A DNA stretch of 62,193 bases, the filler included, from Dugesia japonica (Eukaryota): assembly GCA_001938525.1 (NCBI GenBank). It is 6 parts of 6 records of this genome, joined end to end, with 100 filler letters (N's around TTAATTAATTAA, not from the genome) between each part and the next. Parts side by side here need not be neighbours in the genome. Positions count along the whole stretch, not along the records: positions 1 to 9,720 come from MQRL01241162.1; positions 9,821 to 25,111 come from MQRL01648056.1; 4 more parts are not named here. One strand, given 5' to 3'. The notes under the pieces are model-generated. The model searched no databases, was not told the DNA's origin, and saw only the letters and a program-made list of their open reading frames with translations. Below are positions 1-13,900 of the stretch, in pieces (the stretch's first letter is position 1; each line of letters begins with the position of its first letter). The translations under genes were made by a program, and so were the position numbers.

Positions 1-77
1 TTATTATTAGTATAATTATTATATTATTTTTATCGGATCGAGAAAAATGAAAATTGTTCATAAATCGTGTACACATT

Positions 78-275
78 TATTATGAATTATTTATTATCAT
101 TAAACTATTTCTTATGAATTATGTATTATTATTAAAATATCTCTTATGAACTATTTTTTATCCTTAAAATAGTTATTCTGAATTATTTATTATCATTAAA
201 ATATCTCTTATGAATTAGTTAATGCCATTTAAATATTGATTATGAATTATTTATCATCCTTAAAATATTTATTCA
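78..275. repeat. Degenerate tandem repeat, ~32-bp unit (TTATGAATTATTTATTATCATTAAAATATCTC), ~6 copies
   Basis: TTATGAATTA...TTAAAATA recurs at ~31-33 bp spacing. Confidence 0.75.
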
Positions 276-2649
276 GACATATGGATTTGATTATTATAGT
301 TAAAATATCTATGCCGTTATTCAGTGTTTCGTCATTATGATTTATTTAATTGTTCGTTATATTTAAAATAAGCTGACGTTCGAGGAGTATATTGATCTAA
401 TTACTTTATTTTTCGATAATGGGAACGAAGAAAGATGACTGTTTCCAGCAGGTATCTTCCCTGGTTTGCGTTATGAAACGAATGAAAATATTTGATAGGC
501 CGAAGGCCGAAGAAAATCGGGCGGGGAACGCTCAGACATAGTTTTTAACTTATTAGATTTTAAATTACTTCATTATTTCGTTATCGTTGTAGTATAATAA
601 TAATTAATAAAATGATCCTAATTTTATCAAATGACGAAAGGCAGAAAAAATTTGCGACGACTCCGATACGTCTTGCTATATATCGATACTAACAAATTCT
701 ACTACATTGAATGGGCGGAGGTCCAGAAAATGATACAAGATGAGAAAATCGGCCGTCACGAAGAAACAAATGAGTTTTTTTTAGTTTTTGATAATATCTC
801 AAATTTTCTACTTTGTCTTCGTCTGGAATTGACTTTTCCTGGTTGATAATTACTGACAAGGACAAATTTGGAAATTCAAATTATTATTAAGTACTAGAAA
901 AATTACTAAAAAAGAAAAACAATTTTTTGATTGAAGCTTTTAATTTAATTTAATCTTATTTTATTTATTTCAAAATTTTTAGATATTTTTAAAAATAATA
1001 TGTAACAGTTTAAATTATTCTTAACTCTCCAAAAATCAAAGTCGAAATTTCAAAAAATTTGCCAATGTCATTAATCTAATTTTAAAAGTTCAAATAACAT
1101 TATTTTATTAATAAAATAAAAATGTATTAAAAAATAAATTTTACTAATATTTCGACGATATAAAAAATTGCAAATTTAATATAAAAGCTGAGAAAAATTA
1201 GATTTCTCAGTTTCATCGACCAAAAAATGTGATTAGAGACCATAGATTAGTTAATTAAATGTTGTTTTCAAAAATCTTATTGAAAAAAATTCACAATAAA
1301 TAAATTTTTTGTTGTTTTGATTTTTATGAATTATTTAAAAAAAAACGAAAAATATATTTTGAAAATCACGAAATAAAATAGTACATTTTCAGTTTATTTA
1401 AAAGAAAATTGCAATTATTAGCTGAATAAAATTAGTATTATATTTATTCTTTTATTGATTTGTTTTAAAAATTAAAATATATTTAAATAAATATTTGTAA
1501 AAATCAATAAATTTTTAATAAATTTTTAATTCGTTTCTTAAAATTACAAAGAATTTATGTGGCAATTTAATTTTAAATACAACTCTTAAGATCAGTAGTT
1601 CCAGGTTTAACCTATTAAAGCATGAGTATTTATTTTCCTTCAATATTATTTTATTTTAAAATATGTGTTTATTTATGTATTAATACAACATATTGGTTGA
1701 TATTTATTTTTTTCTTAGACTGTTAATTTCCATATGACCATAGACAATAATGTTACGAAAGAATAAATGTGATACAAATTGTCTGTGATAACTTATGTCT
1801 GTTTTAACAATGACATGATTTGCGTATAATATTTCATATTATAGACGTTAGTTAATTAATATTTCTTGTTTTAAATTTATTACTTGTTTTAAGACTACAA
1901 TAGTTAGTTATTTTGAAATAAGTAAACCACATTGACAAAAATATGTAATTAGTAGTGAACATTCAATTTTAAACGATTTTGATAGATTTTATTTGGAATC
2001 TACGAGCATTATTATACAAGGTTAAGAACCCATGCAATAGAATTATTATGATTTCATTATTTATCTTCTCGTGTTTAATAATGTAGAGAATTTATATTAA
2101 ATTTCTAATTTGTTTTATAAAGAGAATATTATGAAATTTAGATTAAAAAATTCTTAACCTTTCGCACCGGCCCAGTAGACCTGAAGAATTGTAAATTCAA
2201 AGTGTTGTCAAATGTTAATAGATGAAAGTCTCAACACTATTTAGCGATGTTGGGGTGAAATACATCAGGAATAAATACCCGAGTCCTGGAGACCCCATAA
2301 ATAGTTAATTAATGGCGGAAAAGTGTAAGAATTACTAATTAAAATTAAGAGCGAAATAAATTAAGATATTATCAAACTAGGGTATCAAATATACAATTTT
2401 GATTAGAAATTAATAATCCAGGATCAATTAAAGTATAAATAAATCGGTTGATTAAATAAAATAATTAGTTTACGATTAATAATAAAATTAATAAAAACAA
2501 TTCGATAATTGTGAATAACGCCCGAATATTATGTAGTAAGAAAGTTAAATAGATTAAAGTAAAAGAACATACTACATATACGGAAGCAAATGATTAAAGT
2601 CATTGTTGAGCTTACTGTAAATTTTAAACCTGATATTCGTAAATATTCA

Positions 2650-4180
2650 GTAAATTTTTCTTAAGTGTCCAAACAGAGTGCAAATTATCTGTCCTACAAA
2701 ATCTCAAAGAAGATAGTAATTACCAAGAGATGAACTAGAAATTATACCAGTTAACTAAGAGGCGGGCGGAAGCACAAATCACAAGTGCTCAAGCCAAAAC
2801 ATATTTATTAATAAGTCAGTCTAACAGATTCATCAACATGAAGGTATTTGGTAAAACAGTTGGAAACATTTACCAAACTGTTGCGACCATTCTATGAACT
2901 CAACGCAAACCATCACTGTTGGATATTGAACATTATGACTCTTTGGATAACTTTGTTCTATTCAACTTTGAAGATAATCCACCAATTGACCCCTAAATTT
3001 AAATAAATCTTAGTTACACACGGGAGTTGATTTTCATTTCTTTGATGAAGTTGAGCCAAAATCCAAAGAAAAAAAGAAGACTTTGAAACAAAACTAAAGA
3101 AACGCGAGCATGCACTTAAGTTACAGATTGCGAAACACCAGCGCTATCCTGAATATCTAGAGTAGGGGTCCTAGTAAGCAATTAAACTCTTCCAGCCATA
3201 AAAATGAATCATCTGCCTAGATTTAACAGCAATAGCAAGACTTTTATTGGCAATATTTAAACCTTTTCTTTTCAAACATGACATAAAATAAAGATAAATG
3301 TAAAGTTCAATAAATTTTGTATACGAAATCGCCTTATGTTTTATTAAATGTCTATTTATTTAAAAGATTTTTATAATTTTGTTTCAATATAGTTTAGTAC
3401 ATTGAACATGAGTTATGCACATGCAATACGAATACAATGCGTCTGCAGAATATGTGCCCTTCAGGTTGAAACCCAAACCAATGTCCTTTGTCACTACGGT
3501 TCAACTTCAACTTTTTGCATTGAGCGTCACAATAATGTTCTGGAACTTTTTGCGAACGTTGTCCGTTATAATACGAATTTCAGAGTTATTGTCGACCGGT
3601 TATGCAAATTTTTGAACCACACTGATTGAGGTGATTTACAACTAATAAATGTGGAAAGGAAATAGATTATATTGCTGGATGTGAAAGTTCCTTATGACAC
3701 TTCTAACAATATCAAATTGGCTAGAGACAACAATATTAGGAAATACACACCGCTTAAAGAATTCATCAAACATAATCTTCCAAATTAGAATGTCTAGTTT
3801 GAGACGATCTCAATAGGATGTCTGGGATCATAGTGTGTTGAAAATGAGTCTGTCCTGAAATATAATGGTCTCAAAGTCAATGTTATAAAAGAATTTGCAC
3901 TTGCCAGAATAAACATCTGCATTGTCTGGTTTACAAAGAACTGTCAATTTCACAATGGACAAGCTAATTGTGCTGACTTTGAAATATCTATTATAAACGA
4001 TATCAGCAATAGTAAGTCCATTGTGGATAATTAAATTCATAGGGCTTACTTCCAAGGTTGGTTCTTCGCACCATTTCTTCTTAGTGTCTTTCTTTTTTGT
4101 TGTTTTTCTACAGCGATCCGCTGGTCAAACCAAGATGTAAAGTCTTAGGGAGGATTTTGGCTTAAACGACAGCCTTTGTT
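2650..4180 (+). mobile_element. Decayed non-LTR retrotransposon with restriction-like endonuclease (R2/NeSL/Utopia-type), internally deleted
   Basis: From ~3402: CRICALQVETQTNVLCH (CCHC knuckle), ERHNNVL, DLQLINVERK*IILLDVKVPYD, DNNIRKY, ISIGCLGS*; in-frame stops; same family as 56871-58860. Confidence 0.85.
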
Positions 4181-6019
4181 TATTTTTGCACAATTTGCGT
4201 TTAGTTCCCCTTATTTGATTTAAGGAAACTTTTATGCGGTATTTTCTTCAAAATTTGATAGGCTTTGTTAAAAAAAATTATATATTAATTTATGTAACAT
4301 TTATTGGATTAAAATTAATAGAAGTACAAGTTATTATTCAAAGTTCTTATTAAGAGTTTATTAGTTTAAAATAACCAATACATTCAATCTACTCGGTATC
4401 AACCATTCATTGACTGAACCGTTTATTATTACATTCATTAAACCTACTAGAGTAAAAATATCTTATACTCTTTGTCGATATTTTTTTAAATTCCATCAAG
4501 GTAAGATTTATATGTATGCACTTTAGATTTATTTCATCAAATAGCTAATCAGCCAAAGATGTACTACTCAGTAATGACAGAATTTGAATCCAGCGCAGTG
4601 CTCTTTGAATTGTATTCTTTCTATAGGATGCGGACATTTATGAGAACAGACGTTTCAAATTTGCGTAACTTTTTAAATTTTCATTATCCGGTTGTTGCTT
4701 ATTAATGTTGGTTCGTAATGGCGACTTACACTCACCTTCTCTTGTAATTTTATTTTCTTCTTCAAACCCTCTTTGAGGTCTCGCGGCAATGTTTTCATTT
4801 CCGTTCTCCGCTTTCCTTGCTCTTCCATTAATTTTGCTAGGGTTAGATGATTGACATACTAAAACGGAAAAATCATCAATTGTGACGATTAACCGCAAAT
4901 TATTTCTATAATTAATTTCACAATACTTGTGGCGTGTTCTTTATCTTATATCACACAACATTTTCGATCAACAATAAAATTTAACGTTTAATTGAAATAA
5001 GAAGTAGTTAAAATAATATATCAACAAAAATAAACATAAAATATGTGTAAAATGTCACACTGTTGTTTCAAGGGTGACAATAAGGTGAACATATTTTTCT
5101 TGATCTTTGAAGCAGTGTGAGTTGTCTTTATTAGTTAAATTCAAAACTTCAAAACTCTCCATAAATTGTATTTATTATTACAAGTCTATTTGATTAAAAT
5201 AACAATTATGTCAAGAATAATTCATAGTATTCAAACAAATAATCTGAGAAATTTTTCAATAAAATAATAAATATTTTACTTTACATAAAAATTTATAAAA
5301 TATTTTAAAAAATATCGACTTTTTAATTTAATGAAATATCTCATTTTACATAAAAATTTCATAAAATAATTAAGCTAATAATTACATTAAATAAATTAAA
5401 ACTATTTAATTTTACATAAAAATTTCATAAAATATTTTTCTAAATAATTTCATAAAATAAATCAAAAACATCAATTTAATTTTATGGAATATTTTATTTT
5501 ACATATGTTTTAAAAATACATTTTAAAGTTATAAATAAAAATTAAAGAACGATTTCTCAGATATTTAAATCTATGAATAATTCTTACAGTCTTTAAGTAA
5601 GCTTTTTTTGTTCGGTAGCAATTAATGGGCTCTGTAGATGTTGCGAGATTCTTGAAAACTACCATTGAGTTCAAAGTTACGAATCTCCTGTTCTTGCGCG
5701 AGCTGAATCAAATAATGTTTATGCTCTGATTTAAATCAACTCTCTTAATTGTCTGATTTGGGAGTATTTAAAATGCAACCAATTTTGCGGCACACACCAT
5801 GGATTGCTTTCAGTTTCATATACGATACATACAAAGATGCATACAAAAACAATTTTAACAAAATATAACGTAACGACAGTTGATTAAGATTATGTGAAAG
5901 CGCATGATTATTATTGATGGAAGATGGATTTCTTTAAGAAATCATTAATTTACACTTTCCTAGCAATATTGTTCACTTTTATTATTTCTATTTGGGAATT
6001 GATTAAGTTTAAATTACCA

Positions 6020-7010
6020 ATCAATATTCAATGATCAAAAAAGTGCAAATAAATAATTTATCTTTAGTATATAGATAATGACTCAATGCAGACTCCTTGT
6101 GTACAAGAATTAATAAACTGAATCCATCTCTAGATGAATGCCTCGAATGAAAAAATTGGAAAAAACATTAACAAACTCAAATTCAAAATAAAACTCAATT
6201 TTTAGTGAATCAAAACGGCAATAAACTTTTTCAGAGGATTCATGATACAGAAATATCGTGTAATGTTTTTAATAAAAAAGTCTTTTATATAACAAACAAG
6301 ACAAGAAATTTTAAAGATCATTCACAACGTTCTCTTTGACGCATACGCTAAAAAAGGGAAAAGTAGCAAAAAGATCAAATTCTCAGCTATTTAAATAAGC
6401 TATTTAAATAAAATTATCTACAAAAGTGAAAATTATTAAATCTCAATGAAATTTCCTTCACAGTGCACAGACAAACTTAGAAGATCATTTCATGAAAATC
6501 AAAACTGTTGTCACTGTTTATGAAAATGAAACTCTATTACATGTTTCTTCAAAAATGCAAAATGAATCAGGCACAGCAACTGAAAGACATAATGCTTGCC
6601 TTGACATTATTGTCAGCAAAGTTAAAACCCTCAATACAATTGTTGATCAAACAAATATATTAAAGACAAAGAAATAAGTGGATATCACAGTAACTAATGT
6701 TGAAAAAAACGATATATTTAATGATGTTAAATGCCCAATAGAAAAAAATGAAAAAATATTTTGAAGAGACCAGCAATAGAAACTTTGAAAATGTGATCTA
6801 AATTAAAATTAGCAAAGCTAGACTTTAACGTAAAATTAGATATTTAATGATTGGATCCCTTAGCTGAATTCCAACCACAACCAAACATATTCTTGAAAGG
6901 TTTATTGAAAACAAAAATATAATTAAAGGAATATTAAATGATTATTCCATACCATACAGTCTACTCTACAGAAATGTGGAACTTCCACAAAACTGGAATT
7001 AGAGACAGCA
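6020..7010 (+). mobile_element. Heavily decayed RLE-type non-LTR retrotransposon fragment (different family)
   Basis: TERHNACLDII motif followed by DITVTN and IGSL-like RLE motifs; many stops and frameshifts. Confidence 0.6.
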
Positions 7011-7249
7011 GAATAAATTTCACTATTGAAGGCTAGTGTATAATAAATTGTAGAAAAGTGTTTGGGTTCAATGTAGAACCCAAAACCAAACTATTTTATA
7101 TATTCAAACTTCGTATATTTATTAAATCTTTTAGATATATATCTAAGTGATTAAATTAGTTTTGAACAAATAATTATTAAAACTAATTAAAATATATTAT
7201 TTTGAATTATAAAATTTTGTGTGAAACAATTTCTGTTGTGAAACAATAA

Positions 7250-8190
7250 AGTCATTTAGGATCAAAGGTTAAGAAGTTACTGCTAATACATTCCTCTAAG
7301 AAGGAATACAAAGTGCATTGGATGCTACTATAAATGTATACAAAGTTAGATACATCGGATAGTAAAATATAAACAAGATTCAATATTTCAGAACTGTATG
7401 AAAGGTAAGACAACATCATGATTTGAACGCAAAAATGAGCTGAACAAAAGATTTTATAAGTTATTCAAAACGGTTAAAAATCTTAAGAATAAACCTTAAA
7501 GTTTGTAATTCAGCAAATATTTTGATGTTTTATTAATCAAAACCAACTTTAAGTAGATCTATATAAATAGATAAAGATCTTATTGCACTCAAGCTGAATA
7601 AAGAAACAATTTGATAGATTCTTCCGGATTACATTGGTCAAGCAGTGTTTAACTTGTCTAAGTTGTATATATGTACCAACTAGAGTATTTTAAATTGAAA
7701 ATCATATAAACAAAGAGAACTGCACAATAATCATAGTAGCTTTAGATACATATAGCTTTTCCTGGATGTTAAAAGCTATTAGGACCAATGATTGGAGATA
7801 AGTTATTGGATACATCTAATTATTGTACGTATAACTCAACTGTGTAATAATAATTTAAACTATATAGTAAGGAAATTAAAAGATGAGTCATAAGGAACTA
7901 GATATAAGGAATGGATATTCATGAGACCAAAATATTACAGTTTATTTGGTGAAAAACTAGCATGAAGGTTAAGATTGTATCATTAAGAAATATAGACTTT
8001 ATATAAACATTAATTAATGTCCCTAAAGGTTTTAAACTTTTCCTGTGCAAGAATCTTATTGAGACTGCTGGAATAATAGTCTTTTGAAACCTCTGAGTAA
8101 ATTTTCTAAACAAATGTGATATGAAATAACTAATTCTTACAGAAAGACTGATAAAACAACAGCGTAAATGCCATTGTCTATCTGGAATAC
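7250..8190 (+). mobile_element. Possible decayed LINE reverse transcriptase fragment
   Basis: IAFLDVKSY-like motif at ~7752-7780 (cf. RT 'FLDxxKAYD'); otherwise broken. Confidence 0.4.
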
Positions 8191-8769
8191 CTCAATCACT
8201 TAAATTTTAAAAGCGCCTGTAGCGCCCGTAATTTTTTAATTTATTTTTAATTTTAAATCTTAGAATATCATAAGAATAATTTGCAAACGTTTATTTTGGT
8301 TTGAATTAAAAAAAGAGAAATAAATATTAATGTTCATACAATGAATATTTAGTATTTATTTGCTTAATTATTTCGGTATACACAACATTGCGAGTAAATT
8401 GTCGTGCATCATTTAGTAAAGGTTTTGTAATTCAGACAAAAAGCCACCTACTTACTCACCCAAAACTAGTTAAAATATCCGTTAACAGTTATAGTATATT
8501 AGTTTGCTAATTCCAATACACTTATACAAATTATTATTGACTATTTCTACTTTTTGGCTCAAGAATTAGCAAGCCAGCACTTGTAAATGATTTGGATGAC
8601 CTAGTTAACAACCAAGAGATTTAGATTTCAATTGTAAATTGTCATTTTTTAAAATATAAATCAATATATTTTAGCCAAAGAAATAGAAAACCACTTTTGA
8701 AAACAAAATAAACTTTTCTTCAAAATGTTTGTTAATCTTATTTTCATTATTATTTTGTTTGGAATAGTC

Positions 8770-9076
8770 CAGTGGTACTCAAACATTTTTCGGTTCAAAT
8801 TGTTTCCACGGCACCCCAAATCAACAAATTGGTTTATTATTGTGCAAGTTTTTAATTTATGAGTAAATCATATCATATTAATGATATATTATTCAAAAAT
8901 TATAAAGTTGATAGTTTGGTGTCACAACAGATTGCGAGCATAAGTCAATGGGTTTTTATTCTTCATTTGAATTAGCTACTTTTATAGAAGACGTATAATA
9001 TTTTAAAACCGTGCGGCGCCTCTGTGATACAGCCAAGCTTTCTCAGGCGCTGTGGCAGATAGTTTAAGAACCACTA
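8770..9076. mobile_element. hAT (Charlie-like) MITE
   Basis: TIR CAGTGGTACTCAAAC...GTTTAAGAACCACTA; 8-bp TSD GAATAGTC/GAGTAGTC (7/8). Confidence 0.85.
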
Positions 9077-9720
9077 GAGTAGTCAAATAAATTCTAAATG
9101 AATAAAGCAATTTTCAGACAATATTTTCATTTAATTAACATCATTTAAAAAACAATTCTATAATATATTTTTTAAAAAAGTAAATATTCTAAAATATTCT
9201 TCAAAGTTTACTTGGAATTAAAATGAAATCGAACTTAATTAACCTTGTTGGTAATTAAAACATTTATTAGCAAACATATTTATTTAAAAAATAATTAAAT
9301 GAGCAAGTTTTGTTACGAATTATAATGAATATAAAGTAGACAATTTTGAAATATTCGTCAAATTTTATTTTGATTGCATAAATATTTTATTTAAGTATTT
9401 AAAAAATACAGCTTTTTTTGAAAAAAGCAAATATTTCTGAAATTTAATCAAATGAGACTGAAAATTAAAATGATACATATTCATAAATTCATTTTGAAAA
9501 GTAACAAAATACTTTGTTAATGAAAAATGAAAAAAAATAATTAAAATTTTCTAGTAGTATTATTAGCATCTATTTAATTGTTATCATTACTATGTTATTC
9601 CAAAATATAAACTTTTTGATTCCGAAAATAAACTTTTTGCAAAGAAAAAATATTTTGTGACGAATAATAAAATTTTCAAATATGAAATATAATTGAAAAA
9701 TTTACATAAATTCTTTTAAT

Positions 9721-9820
9721 NNNNNNNNNNNNNNNNNNNNNNNNNNNNNNNNNNNNNNNNNNNNTTAATTAATTAANNNNNNNNNNNNNNNNNNNNNNNN
9801 NNNNNNNNNNNNNNNNNNNN
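9721..9820. other. Artificial contig linker N44-TTAATTAATTAA-N44
   Basis: Identical 100-bp structure occurs five times; the 12-mer gives stops in all six frames. Confidence 0.95.
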
Positions 9821-10826
9821 ATTCTAAACAAAATATCATATTTCAGTTTTCAATTTACTTATTATTTTAGGAAATTAATATTTACATGATAACTATTTTT
9901 TATACAAAACTATGGTGGATATACAATTAAATTACCAAAGCTTTGTTTTTTTACCACGCCTCCTTTCTCTAGCACAAAGTCATAACAGTTTATACGAGCA
10001 TTACTTCGATATCACCTTTTAATAATGTGATTTTCCATCTTTTTGTTTATTAATTTAATTTAATAAAATTTTTTTCAAAAAATTATTTCAACAAAACAAT
10101 ATTTTATTATTTCTATACTGGAAGATTAGTTTATGAACTTTATCAAATAATTACGTTTTACGTTGCGTTATTCATTTTACATAATATAGAATANGTACTT
10201 ANGTGAAAATAGATATTTGAACATTAATGACTTAAAGAAATAAATTTTAAAAAATTAATGAAATTTGATACAAGCTTTCTAATACAATTTTTTGCGATCT
10301 TTCCGTCGTACATTCATATTCTTTGAATTATTTATAAACTATTTGAGATTATTAAATGGTATTCAATAGTAAGTGTTGAGATGTGCATTATGTGCATATT
10401 CATAAATATTATTGAATATTATCATTATTTCCATTTGAGTTCTATTGTTTTATGAAATACTTACTTGATATGTTCGTATTTACTCTGTTTTATATGTTTA
10501 TAAATTTATGTTTATAAAGGAGGTTCGTAGTTCAACTCCTAAAAATAAATAACAATAAAATATGAAGAAATTAAAAAAATTAAACTAAAATTAAATAGAA
10601 ATCTTATTAAATTAATCATCAAAGTTTGATAAATTGTGATATTGAATGAGTCATCAACGAATATAGAAATTAATGAGCATTTGAATAAAATAGTTTTGTG
10701 AACATTTTTATAAAAAATTTTCAAAATGTATGACATTCCAAATATTACTAAATCATTCATATTACATAACAAAAACAATTGAAAATATTATATTGTTCAA
10801 AAATATTACGTAATATTACATGTGAA

Positions 10827-10828
<2 letters not shown>

Positions 10829-10895
<67 letters not shown>

Positions 10896-10945
10896 NNNNN
10901 NNNNNNNNNNNNNNNNNNNNNNNNNNNNNNNNNNNNNNNNNNNNN

Positions 10946-11006
<61 letters not shown>
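10829..11006. repeat. (TTA)n microsatellite spanning a gap
   Basis: Pure trinucleotide run. Confidence 0.95.
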
Positions 11007-11008
<2 letters not shown>

Positions 11009-11171
11009 ATTTTATTATTCATTTTTAAAATATAAAATAAAGCCTGATTTATAATTTTTGAAATATTCCTCATACAAAATCAGAGGTGAAATACAATAAA
11101 CTCAGAAATATTTATAGCAATAAAAATGACAGTATATTTATTATTATTATCATTATTTTTATTTTTGTTAG

Positions 11172-11328
11172 ATGAATTCCATTTGGTTACTGTGGAAATG
11201 ACATCTGATTCATTAAAATTAAATTTGCGTGGAAATTATATAATGAGATTAGGGATGGATTCTCTGCAATTGTTGGATGTCAACACTCGTGAACCAATAC
11301 ATTCATTCCCATATACTTCCATTCGTAG
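11172..11328 (+). CDS. Exon of IRS/DOK/FRS2-type PTB-domain adaptor gene (N-half of PTB)
   Basis: tttgttag acceptor, AG|gtaatt donor; encodes (D)EFHLVTVEMTSDSLKLNLRGNYIMRLGMDSLQLLDVNTREPIHSFPYTSIRR; splices in phase to 19404. Confidence 0.85.
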
Positions 11329-12689
11329 GTAATTGATAAATTTATCAATATTTAATAATTAAAATTTAAAAAGTCAAATCAAATGTCACCTAGTTTTATT
11401 GTAAATATTGATTTTTAAATATCTACTAACTATCGAAAATAATTGGTTTCAATGGCACTTCAGTAATTTTAATAACCTTACATCACCAATATTACTAAAA
11501 TTTAATAGTTACAATAATTTGATGAATTTAATAATTAAAAATGATAATATTGATATTATGAAATAATTCTAAGCCCCATTTAAAAAATATTTCTTTACAT
11601 GTTTTGACAAGTTAATTGTTCTTTCCAAGTAAATTTTTATCTATAAAAAATGACCTTATATCATAAAAAATATGATTATGGAAACATTCATGCAATCTTA
11701 ACAAATCAACTTAATTAAAAATATATAATAAAGACTTCGAAAAATCTGTTTGAACATGATTATTTGAATCAATTGATCCAACCATGCAGATAATTCTCTC
11801 CCGATATTCTTTAAAATTTCTGCATAAAATTTTAAAATTATCACTATTAATAACTGATTTACAATCAAAAGCATCATAAATTATTCCATTATTCAAATGT
11901 AAACATATAATTCTTATAAATTTATCACATTTCACACATATTATCATAATAAATTATTTTACTAGTTAATTGAAAAAATATATAATAAGAATATTTAAAA
12001 TTAACAAATGCAAGAAAAATTAATACAAGATTTCTATTGTTGTTTTTGGTATATATATATATATATGGGTAAAAATACAAATCTATTGGAAATTTCTTCA
12101 AAATTGTGAATCGACTAAACTGAATTATATGAAAATAATTAGAAACTATTATTGAATTTGTTATTGAAAATCTAATAAAAATAAGAGTAAAAAACTAAAA
12201 ATTAAAACGACTGGCAATCCAATTCTTAATAATTTTACAAGAGGAGAATTTTGAATAATATAAAAACTGAATTTCATAGATCGGAACCACCTACTCTTTC
12301 ACCAGTACCACTTCCTCTTGGTAGTCCACCTACTTCAGATGAACATAAAATTATAATTCCTTNNNNNNNNNNNNNNNNNNNNNNNNNNNNNNNNNNNNNN
12401 NNNNNNNNNNNNNNNNNNNAAAAACGAAATAATTTAAACAAAGAAAAGAAACAGAAGTAATATGTAAAACAACTTGATGGATCCACCAGGGATTTGTGTC
12501 TTTTCCTTGAGTTTTACGGCTAAATAAAATTAAAATAATAAAAAAAAATTGATCACTATAAATGATACCAATATCGAGCGAAAAGGCTTTTGATTTAGAA
12601 ATTTAATCTAAATTCTAAATATAAATAAAAAGAAAAATATAAACTGAAACTAATAATTTCTGTAAATGTAGTTAAGATTACTTATGAAA

Positions 12690-13900
12690 CAAAAAAATTA
12701 TAAAAAATATAATGATGTATAATCTCATAAATTTTCACATTTAAATGTTTCATATTATTTATATTCTTTATATAAATAATATTATATTCTCTATATATTA
12801 TTATTCTCTATTATATTCTTTACCTGTAATATTTTCAACTTTTAAATAATAATAAAAGGTTGAGAAATTAAATTTTTTGATTAAAATTTATAAATTTAAT
12901 CAACGTATTCATATAAATAAATTCCTTTTAGTTTTGATGGCCTAAATAATTCCTCTATTGGCTTATTTAATTTAATAGACTGTTCACAGCAATCAAATAT
13001 TTGTTTGGTATCTTCTTCTAATACTAATTTAGATAAGAAATATAAAAATCTATATAAAAATATAGAATTTTAATAAATATTATGATGTTCCTGTACAGAA
13101 TAAAAACAAAGAAAATTAATTGATATGAATTTCATCTGTTTTATTGATTTATTTCAATTTGTTTATAATATAGATTAGTAGAGTTTTAGTGTTCTCTTAT
13201 GATTAGATGGAAATCAGTTTTGGAACCATTATGAAATAATAATGGAATAAATAGATTTTTAAGATTATAACTATTATTTCCTGCCCTCTATCTTCTCCAT
13301 TAACGTGATCATGATCATAAACGTTTTCATTATTAGAATCAATAAATCTTTTCCCACTAATCCAACATGATAATCATTTATTGTATTATTTGATATGATC
13401 TAGAGATTTTGATTTTAATTTAACATGTTTCTTTAATACTCTTTCATAAATCTTTCTTCATTTCACTTTCTAATTTAATAATAATTAAATTAATAAAATA
13501 GTTTACGCAATCTTCTCTGGTAAATTTTTTTCAAAAAATCTTGTTCTGTTTCTTGGTATGTTGATTTAAATAATATTTTTCTTTTAAATTGAATATGTAC
13601 TCTTAATTATTTCTGATATTCAATACCTGCAAAATTTATTAATTACATAAAACAAACTTGTACTTGCTATTTGTAAAAATTATAACTTTTTTATTAACAG
13701 ATATTGTGATTTCTGAATTGGATCTACATTATTAGTTGAATCAAATACTTCAAATAATTGTTCAAATGAAGTACAAAATTTATAATAATTTTTATAAGAG
13801 TTTCTGGTTTCTAATTCTGAAAAACATTTATCACACAAGAAAGTAAATATTTGTTATAAAACCTTTTATTTATTTTAATCCAGAAAAAATAATTATTGTT
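12690..13900 (-). pseudogene. Relic of Polinton/adintovirus-type protein-primed DNA polymerase B with endonuclease-VII-like module
   Basis: Minus strand: FLCDKCF; CWISGKRF...VYDHDHVNGEDRG/AGNNSYNL...IPLLFHNGSKTDFHLII (cf. DHCHxTGxYRGxAHxxCNL...FHNxxxYDxH); KGIY/YEYVD...ENITGKEY...FKCENL; frameshifted. Confidence 0.75.

Noticed and set aside
2165-2215. Hammerhead-like CTGAAGA...stem near the 5' side of the RLE element
   Set aside because: GAAA core reads CAAA and stems I/III cannot be formed convincingly
10779-11054. Poly-L/I/Y/N ORFs here and at 15775-16312, 20475-20843, 21120-21583, 43604-43843
   Set aside because: Translations of (AAT)n microsatellites and N gaps
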